Positions 46,749 through 52,580 of a DNA stretch of 52,580 bases are shown piece after piece; position 1 is the first letter of the stretch; each line of letters begins with the position of its first letter. A program made the position numbers and the translations under genes. The stretch is from Acidimicrobiaceae bacterium (GTDB lineage: Bacteria > Actinomycetota > Acidimicrobiia > Acidimicrobiales > Aldehydirespiratoraceae): assembly GCA_026710865.1 (NCBI GenBank), contig JAPOQG010000049.1, positions 1 to 52,580 of the forward strand. The letters are read 5' to 3'. The notes under the pieces were generated by a model. It worked only from the letters and a program-made list of their open reading frames with translations. It made no database searches and was not told the origin of the DNA.

Positions 46749-48470
46749 TTACGGGTGCGGCTGCGCCACCTCGGTGATGGGCAGGCCGGCGGCGGCCCAT
46801 CCCTCGACTCCGCCCTCGAGGTCGGCGGCCCGCGAGAAGCCGAGACGGCGCAGCGATGCCGCTGCGAAGCTCGACGTGTAGCCCTCGTTGCACACCGTCA
46901 CCACCGGCTGGTCGAGCGACCGGACCGCAGGATGCGAGTGTCCCGAGGATGGGTCGCAGCGCCACTCCAGCACCAGCAGCGGGATGCTGATCGAGCCCGC
47001 GATCATGCCGGTGCGCTCGCGGTCGTCACGGTCCCGGATGTCGATCACCAGCGGAGGACCGTCCGGGCCGGGCTCGGCTCCTGACTCCATGGCGGCGGCC
47101 AACTCCCCCGGGGTGAAACGTCGGAGACCCTCACGGGCCTGCGCGAGCAGCTCGTCCACCGTGGTCCGAGCAGCCGGGTAGAGACCACCGGCGGCCACGG
47201 CAGTCGCCGCGCCGGCCGGCGCGGCGTCCTCGTGCGCCGGTGCGTCCTCGTGCGCCGGTGCGTCCTTGAGGCCGCGACCCCAGCCGTCGGGCCCCGCCGT
47301 GCTGCGATGTCGCTCGGCGTGCCGGTCGAGTTCGTGCCGCAGCCGCTCGGGGCTCCAGTCCTCGTCGAGGGCCCGGTTCATCAGATCGGCCTGCGATGGG
47401 GGCGCCAGCCCGTCCACCGGCTGGTCCCTGTCCAGGTTGGTCGGGAACGCATACCCCTCGGCGCAGGCGGACACCACGTTGGCGGCCGCGCCCCGGTCCA
47501 GGCCCGAGGCCAGCCGGGTCCGCAGCGACGGGTACACGGCCTTGACCATGCGGGCCCGGTCCACAGCCTCGGTCGCCCGGCCGAACGCGGAGGAGATCTG
47601 CAGCAGGTTGGCCATGCGGCGCACGCCGGCGGTGCGGTTGTGGCCGGCGGCGTGGAACATGGCCGGGCTGAAGAACACCGCGTCGCCGGTGCGCAGCGGC
47701 AGCTGCACCCGGTGCTGCGCGAAGTGCTCGATGAACTCGGGGCGGCGCCACGCCAGGTAGCCCAGTTCGTACTTGTGGGAGTGGGGCAGGTACATGGTGG
47801 GGCCGGTCTCGGTGCCCATGTCGCAGTGGGCGATGGCGCCCTGCAGGGTGAGCAGCGGCGACAGCCGGTGGGCGTGGAGGGGGAACTGCTCGGCCTCGTC
47901 GTCGGTGAGGAAGCCCATGTGGTAGTCGCGGTGGGGGTGCTGGGCCTCGCCGCCGGGGTTGACCACGTTCACCTGCTCGGTGAGCTGGTAGCGGGGACCC
48001 AGCCATGCCTCGCAGGCCACCGCGACGGCATCGGAGCGGTGGTAGTCGACGAAGGCGTCGGGGTCGGAGACAGCCAGCTTCTCAAGGGCGTTCCATACCC
48101 GGTCGTTGGCCCCCGGCTTGGCGAAGTGGTCGCCGGCGGGACCGCCGCTGGCGTGCTGGGCCGCGATCAGGTCCCAGAACACGTCCGACGCCCGGTCGAC
48201 GGCGGCGGCTGGCACGGCCGATTCGAGCAGCACTATGCCGGGTCCCTGGACGAGGGCTCTGGAGAGCTCGTCGCGCAGGGCGGCCCGGTGCTCGGCGTCG
48301 GCGGTGGGTCCGTGGGCCAGGGCGCTCACGTCGTAGGCCGGGACGCCCTGGGTGATCCGCACGGCCAGCGGGTAGTCGGCCGGGTCGGTGGGCTGCTCGA
48401 CCAGCGCGGCGAACGCTTCGATATCGCACTGGTGGCGCGACGGGAACGCGGCGTCGCGACCGGCTCTCAT
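46749..48470 (-). CDS. Phytanoyl-CoA dioxygenase family protein fused to a C-terminal rhodanese domain
   Basis: QHPHRDYH, FHAAGHN; C-terminal VIDIR...VCNEGYTS...DLEGGVEGW. Confidence 0.85.
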   Translation of the reverse strand: MRAGRDAAFPSRHQCDIEAFAALVEQPTDPADYPLAVRITQGVPAYDVSALAHGPTADAEHRAALRDELSRALVQGPGIVLLESAVPAAAVDRASDVFWDLIAAQHASGGPAGDHFAKPGANDRVWNALEKLAVSDPDAFVDYHRSDAVAVACEAWLGPRYQLTEQVNVVNPGGEAQHPHRDYHMGFLTDDEAEQFPLHAHRLSPLLTLQGAIAHCDMGTETGPTMYLPHSHKYELGYLAWRRPEFIEHFAQHRVQLPLRTGDAVFFSPAMFHAAGHNRTAGVRRMANLLQISSAFGRATEAVDRARMVKAVYPSLRTRLASGLDRGAAANVVSACAEGYAFPTNLDRDQPVDGLAPPSQADLMNRALDEDWSPERLRHELDRHAERHRSTAGPDGWGRGLKDAPAHEDAPAHEDAAPAGAATAVAAGGLYPAARTTVDELLAQAREGLRRFTPGELAAAMESGAEPGPDGPPLVIDIRDRDDRERTGMIAGSISIPLLVLEWRCDPSSGHSHPAVRSLDQPVVTVCNEGYTSSFAAASLRRLGFSRAADLEGGVEGWAAAGLPITEVAQPHP

Positions 48471-48521
48471 CCTGCCGATACTACGCGGCCGGCCCGCACG
48501 ACAGTACCGCTGGGTCCCCCG

Positions 48522-48573
48522 GAATCTCGGGTTGGTTCTATGTCCTCTGTCGATAGAACTCGCACCGAGATTC
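48522..48573. repeat. Intergenic palindrome (REP-like)
   Basis: GAATCTCGG...GTTCTAT / ATAGAAC...CCGAGATTC. Confidence 0.7.
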
Positions 48574-48640
48574 TGTCGCGGCCGGGCTGGCGAGAGTGTG
48601 GGGCGGTTAGCGTGGGCGACCGGCGACGAGTGGAGGTGCG

Positions 48641-49480
48641 ATGCCCATCAATCCGGATGCCGCGGGCGCCGTGGGGGAAGAGACCGAGATCAGCTGGACC
48701 TCGAAGGACAGCCTGCTCTACGCCCTCGGCGTGGGGGCGGGAGCGTCGGACCCCACCGGCTTCGAGCTGGAGTTCACCACCGAGAACACACGGGGCACAC
48801 CCCAGCGGGCGCTTCCCACCCAGGTCGTGGTGCTGGGCATGGGCAGCTCACCCGACTACGGCGACTTCAACCTGGCCGCGCTGCTGCACGGCGATCAGCG
48901 CATCGAGCTTCACCAGGAGTTGCCCGTCGAGGGCTCCGCAGTGGCCCAGGCCCGGGTGGCCGGCATCTACGACAAGACCAAGGCCGCCCTGGTGGTGCTC
49001 GAGACCAATGTCCGAAGCCACGACGGCGACCCGATGTGGACCAGCCGGGCCGGCCTGTTCATATCGGGCGAAGGGGGCTGGGGCGGCGACCGGGGCCCGT
49101 CCAACACCTGGCGCAGGCCCGACCGGGAGCCCGACCATGTGACCGGCTACGACACCCGCACCGACCAGGCCCTGCTCTACCGGCTCAACGGCGACCGCAA
49201 CCCGCTGCACTCCGACCCGTCGTTCGCGGCCATGGCCGGCTTCGACACGCCCATCCTGCACGGTCTGTGCACGTTCGGCGTGACGGGACGGGCCCTGCTG
49301 CACACGCTGTGCGACGGCGACCCGGCCCGGTTCGGGTCGATGGGCGGGCGCTTCAAGGCGCCGGTGCTGCCCGGCCAGCGCCTCGACGTCTGCATGTGGG
49401 TCGAGGACGACACCACTCTGTTCCAGACCTGCGTGGGCGACCGGGTGGTGTTCGACGCCGGCGTGTTCACCGCCCGCTGA
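48641..49480 (+). CDS. MaoC-like double hot-dog (R)-enoyl-CoA hydratase
   Basis: LLYALGVG, LLHGDQ, YRLNGDRNPLHSDP, ILHGLCTFG. Confidence 0.92.
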   Translation: MPINPDAAGAVGEETEISWTSKDSLLYALGVGAGASDPTGFELEFTTENTRGTPQRALPTQVVVLGMGSSPDYGDFNLAALLHGDQRIELHQELPVEGSAVAQARVAGIYDKTKAALVVLETNVRSHDGDPMWTSRAGLFISGEGGWGGDRGPSNTWRRPDREPDHVTGYDTRTDQALLYRLNGDRNPLHSDPSFAAMAGFDTPILHGLCTFGVTGRALLHTLCDGDPARFGSMGGRFKAPVLPGQRLDVCMWVEDDTTLFQTCVGDRVVFDAGVFTAR

Positions 49481-49514
49481 GCGGCCCGAGCCGACAACCC
49501 CGTCCCCCCTCCCT

Positions 49515-49563
49515 GGAATTCCTGTAGTTGTGGACGCCACAGGTCGTCTGCTACAGGGATTCC
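49515..49563. repeat. Intergenic palindrome (REP-like or terminator)
   Basis: GGAATTCCTGTAG...CTACAGGGATTCC, one mismatch. Confidence 0.65.
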
Positions 49564-49583
49564 TTCAGGGGTGAGGTGACGGC

Positions 49584-50807
49584 GTGACCGAGTCCGGTTC
49601 GGGCCGGAGGTTCCTGTGGGGCGCGGGAGCGTCATCGGTGTCGGCCGAGGGGGTGGCACCCGCGGCCGACTGGTCGGTGTGGGAGCGAGACGGGCGGGCA
49701 CCACGCTCCGGCGACGGCGCCGGCCTCGCCCGGGACTTCCGGGACGATCTGGCCCAGCTGCGCGGGCTGGGGCTCAACAGCCTGCGCCTGACCGTGGAGT
49801 GGGCCCGGGTGGAGCCCGCTGCGGGCCGGCCCGACAGCGACGCGCTGGACCGCTACATGGACATCGCCGACGCTGCGGTGGCCGAGGGTCTCGGGGTGTG
49901 GATCACTCTGCAGCACACATCGCTGCCGGGCTGGTACGTCGACGACGAGGGCGGCCACGCCGACGAGGTGGCCCGGCGCCGTTGGTGGGCCCGGCACACC
50001 GACCGCATGGCCGAGGTCTTCGACGGCCGGGCCGCGGGCTGGTGCCCGATCGAGGACCCCATCGGCTGGGCGGTGCGGGGCTACGGGCTGGGCACCCGGC
50101 CGCCGGGCCAACGCAGCGCCGAGGCTGCCGCCGAGGCGGCCGAGGGGGCCATGCTGGCCCTGCACGAGGCGTGCCGGCTGCTGGAGTCGGGTCCCCAGCC
50201 GGTGATGGCGACCTTCGGAGCCCCGACGCTGCACGCCGCGCCGGTCGAGCGCGAGCACGCCGGCGCGGCCGCGGTCGAGACCCGCCGCTGGGACGAGTTG
50301 CTGTGGGGCACCTGGACGAGGGCCCTGCGGGAGGGTGCAGTCGAGGTGCCGGGCCGGGCGCCGGTGGCCGCTCCGTACTTCGAGAAGGGGCCGGAGCTGG
50401 TGGGATTGAGCCACGACCACCCGGTGGGCGTGACCGAGGCGGGCCGGCTGGTGAGCTGGCCTGCGTCGGCGAGACGCTCGACCGCGGGCTTCGCCCCGGA
50501 GCCGGCCGAGTTGGGCGAGGCGGTGCACCGGGCCATCGACGCCGTGCCCGGGCGGGGCGTGGTGGTGGCCGCCCACGGGGTGCCCACCGCCGACGACGAT
50601 TGGCGCGACACGGTGCTGGACCGGTCGCTGGCGGTGGTGGCCGACGCCCGGGCCCCAGGCCTGCGGGGCTACTTCCACGACAGCGCGGTGGACGGCTACG
50701 AGTGGGCCCTGGGCTTCGGCGCGCCGCGGGGCCTGATCGGCCGCGATCGGGTGGTCAAGCCCTCAGCCGAGCGTCTGGCCGCCGCCATCTCCGGCAGCGA
50801 CGTCTAG
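49584..50807 (+). CDS. Glycoside hydrolase family 1-like protein with degenerate catalytic motifs
   Basis: FLWGAGASS..AEG, RLTVEWARVEP, TLQHTSLPGW, DGYEWALGF; the NEP and ENG motifs appear as EDP and AHG. Confidence 0.8.
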   Translation: MTESGSGRRFLWGAGASSVSAEGVAPAADWSVWERDGRAPRSGDGAGLARDFRDDLAQLRGLGLNSLRLTVEWARVEPAAGRPDSDALDRYMDIADAAVAEGLGVWITLQHTSLPGWYVDDEGGHADEVARRRWWARHTDRMAEVFDGRAAGWCPIEDPIGWAVRGYGLGTRPPGQRSAEAAAEAAEGAMLALHEACRLLESGPQPVMATFGAPTLHAAPVEREHAGAAAVETRRWDELLWGTWTRALREGAVEVPGRAPVAAPYFEKGPELVGLSHDHPVGVTEAGRLVSWPASARRSTAGFAPEPAELGEAVHRAIDAVPGRGVVVAAHGVPTADDDWRDTVLDRSLAVVADARAPGLRGYFHDSAVDGYEWALGFGAPRGLIGRDRVVKPSAERLAAAISGSDV

Positions 50808-50986
50808 CGGGAGCGGCTGGTCCGCAGGATGCGAGAGCCGGAGCGTCCCCGCACGCCGTCGGAGACCGGTCGAGTGCGCTCCGGCACCTGTGACATCACA
50901 GCAGATGATCACGGTACCGAACTCGAGGCGCAGCGACCGCGGCCACCGAGCGTCTTGAGGTCCGGCACCACCGCCGGCAGCAAGGG

Positions 50987-52580
50987 TCAGCGGGAGCGGT
51001 ACTGGGCCCTAGGCCCCTGGGCGTCCTTGTTGAGGCGCTTGGACAGGTGCAGGCCCTCGAGCACCAACTCCACCGCGGCGGCGACCATGGCCGGGGACTC
51101 GGCGGCCTCGTCGCCGGCCAGCAGCGCCTGGACCGGAGCGGTCAAGGCGGGGATCTGGGCCAGCAGCGCGGCGTAGTCGGCGTCGGTCACGTCGTCGCCC
51201 ACGTCGACCACCAGGTCTTCGTCGAAGGCGTCCACGACCTCGCGGTGCATGTCGGGCGGCACGCAGTCCTTGAACACCGACAGCACCGCCGAGCTGACCA
51301 GCCGCTGGAGGATCTCGCCCTCACGGCCCTCCTCCAGCGTCTCGATCTCCACCTTCCCCGAAGTCGACGACGACAGCGCGTCGAGGTCGGTGACCCGGGG
51401 CACCACATGGTCGCCGCCGGTGCGCAGGGTGCGTCGCATGGCGTTGGCCACCAGGGTCTCGGCGTTGGAGATGCTGAGGCGCACCGACACGCCCGAGCGC
51501 TGCGACACATGGGGGCTGGACCGGGCCGCCCGGGTGATGGCCACCACGATGCGGGTCATGAACTCCGGCACGGTGACCATCAGGTCTGCGGTGCCGGACA
51601 CGCCGGTGTCGCTGGTCGTGTCGGCCGCGCCGGGGCCGAGGTAGGCCTCCTGTGCGACGATGTCCATCTCGGTGCCGGCGTCGTGCGGGTAGTGGGTGCG
51701 GACCTGGGCTCCGAAGCGATCCTTCAGCGGGGTGATGATGCGGCCCCGGTTGGTGTAGTCCTCGGGGTTGGCCGAGGCCACCAGCACCACGTCCAGCGGC
51801 AGGCGGACCTTGTAGCCCCGTATCTGCACGTCGCGCTCCTCGAGCACGTTGAGCAGGCCCACCTGGATGCGCTCGGCCAGGTCGGGGAGCTCGTTGATGG
51901 CGAATATGCCCCGGTTGGTGCGGGGCACCAGGCCGTAGTGCAGGGTGAGCTCGTCGGACAGGTAACGGCCCTCGGCCACCTTGATCGGGTCGACCTCGCC
52001 GATCAAATCCGCGATCGAGGTGTCGGGCGTGGCCAGCTTCTCGCCGTAGCGGTCCCTGCGGTGAACCCAGTCGATCGGGGTGTCGTCTCCCTGCTCGGCC
52101 ACCAGGGCTCGGGCGTGGGCCGAGACCGGGGCGTAGGGGTCGTCGTTGATCTCGGATCCGGCGATGATCGGCATCCACTCGTCGAGCAGGCCGACGAGGC
52201 CGCGGATCATGCGGGTCTTGGCCTGGCCCCGCTCCCCCAGCATGATCATGTCGTGGCCGGCCAGCAGGGCGTTCTCGACCTGGGGGACAACGGTGTTGTG
52301 GTAGCCGAGCACATCGTCGAACAGCGGCTCCGACGAGCGGATGCGGGCCACCGCGTTGCGACGCAGCTCCTGGCGCACCGGCACCGATGTCCAGCCGCTG
52401 GCCCGCAGTTCGCCCAGCGTGGTCGGTCGGAACCGCACAACGAAGGAGAGAATCCCCGACGAGCGCAACTGGTTGATCCGATCGCGCACAGTTCCGGCAC
52501 TTGCGCCGACCATCCGGGAGATGTCGCTGTAGCTAGCCCGGGCGTCCTCTCTCAGGACCCGCAAAATCTCACGATCGACG
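50987..52580 (-). CDS. Mg-chelatase/MoxR-like AAA+ ATPase (Rv0958-like) with N-terminal Lrp/AsnC-type HTH; 5' end beyond window
   Basis: GERGQAKT, NELPDL, ANPEDYTNRGRII; the frame stays open to the window edge (VDREILRVLREDARASYSDIS...). Confidence 0.88.
   Translation of the reverse strand, partial: VDREILRVLREDARASYSDISRMVGASAGTVRDRINQLRSSGILSFVVRFRPTTLGELRASGWTSVPVRQELRRNAVARIRSSEPLFDDVLGYHNTVVPQVENALLAGHDMIMLGERGQAKTRMIRGLVGLLDEWMPIIAGSEINDDPYAPVSAHARALVAEQGDDTPIDWVHRRDRYGEKLATPDTSIADLIGEVDPIKVAEGRYLSDELTLHYGLVPRTNRGIFAINELPDLAERIQVGLLNVLEERDVQIRGYKVRLPLDVVLVASANPEDYTNRGRIITPLKDRFGAQVRTHYPHDAGTEMDIVAQEAYLGPGAADTTSDTGVSGTADLMVTVPEFMTRIVVAITRAARSSPHVSQRSGVSVRLSISNAETLVANAMRRTLRTGGDHVVPRVTDLDALSSSTSGKVEIETLEEGREGEILQRLVSSAVLSVFKDCVPPDMHREVVDAFDEDLVVDVGDDVTDADYAALLAQIPALTAPVQALLAGDEAAESPAMVAAAVELVLEGLHLSKRLNKDAQGPRAQYRSR

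Overview
High-GC actinobacterial chromosome segment. The gene set (UPF0182, DivIVA-like, PDZ-Lon, second MreB, WhiB, Rv0958/Rv0959-like ATPase/VWA) suggests Acidimicrobiia; this is inference. Housekeeping and metabolic genes occupy 1-4.5 kb and 23.7-52.6 kb. Between them is a ~19 kb genomic island (4595-23667) integrated in the 3' end of an initiator tRNA-Met gene and bounded by a 45-bp direct repeat. It has candidate integrase arm sites and phased RDF-like repeats, an intact IS1595-family element (24-bp IRs, 8-bp TSD) and a frameshifted tyrosine integrase. The cargo looks like a defence island with three modules. (1) C5 DNA methyltransferase + PD-(D/E)xK endonuclease + a 1727-aa DEDDh exonuclease-DinG-RecQ triple fusion + an SF1 helicase with a degenerate NERD domain; this is the best candidate for an undescribed system. 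(2) A translationally coupled MBL hydrolase - E2/E1 (Cap2-like) - JAB (Cap3-like) - patatin operon with no cyclase or ubiquitin-like gene; the MBL ends in a CD-NTase-like tail (...RPYA-RR). (3) A TauD-like 2OG-Fe(II) oxygenase coupled to a HEPN-like/Zn-ribbon protein. Outside the island: a probable CTG-start mreB, a GH1 with degenerate catalytic motifs, an Lrp-HTH fused to the AAA+ ATPase, a PhyH-rhodanese fusion and REP-like hairpins. All calls come from motif reading by eye; no searches were run.
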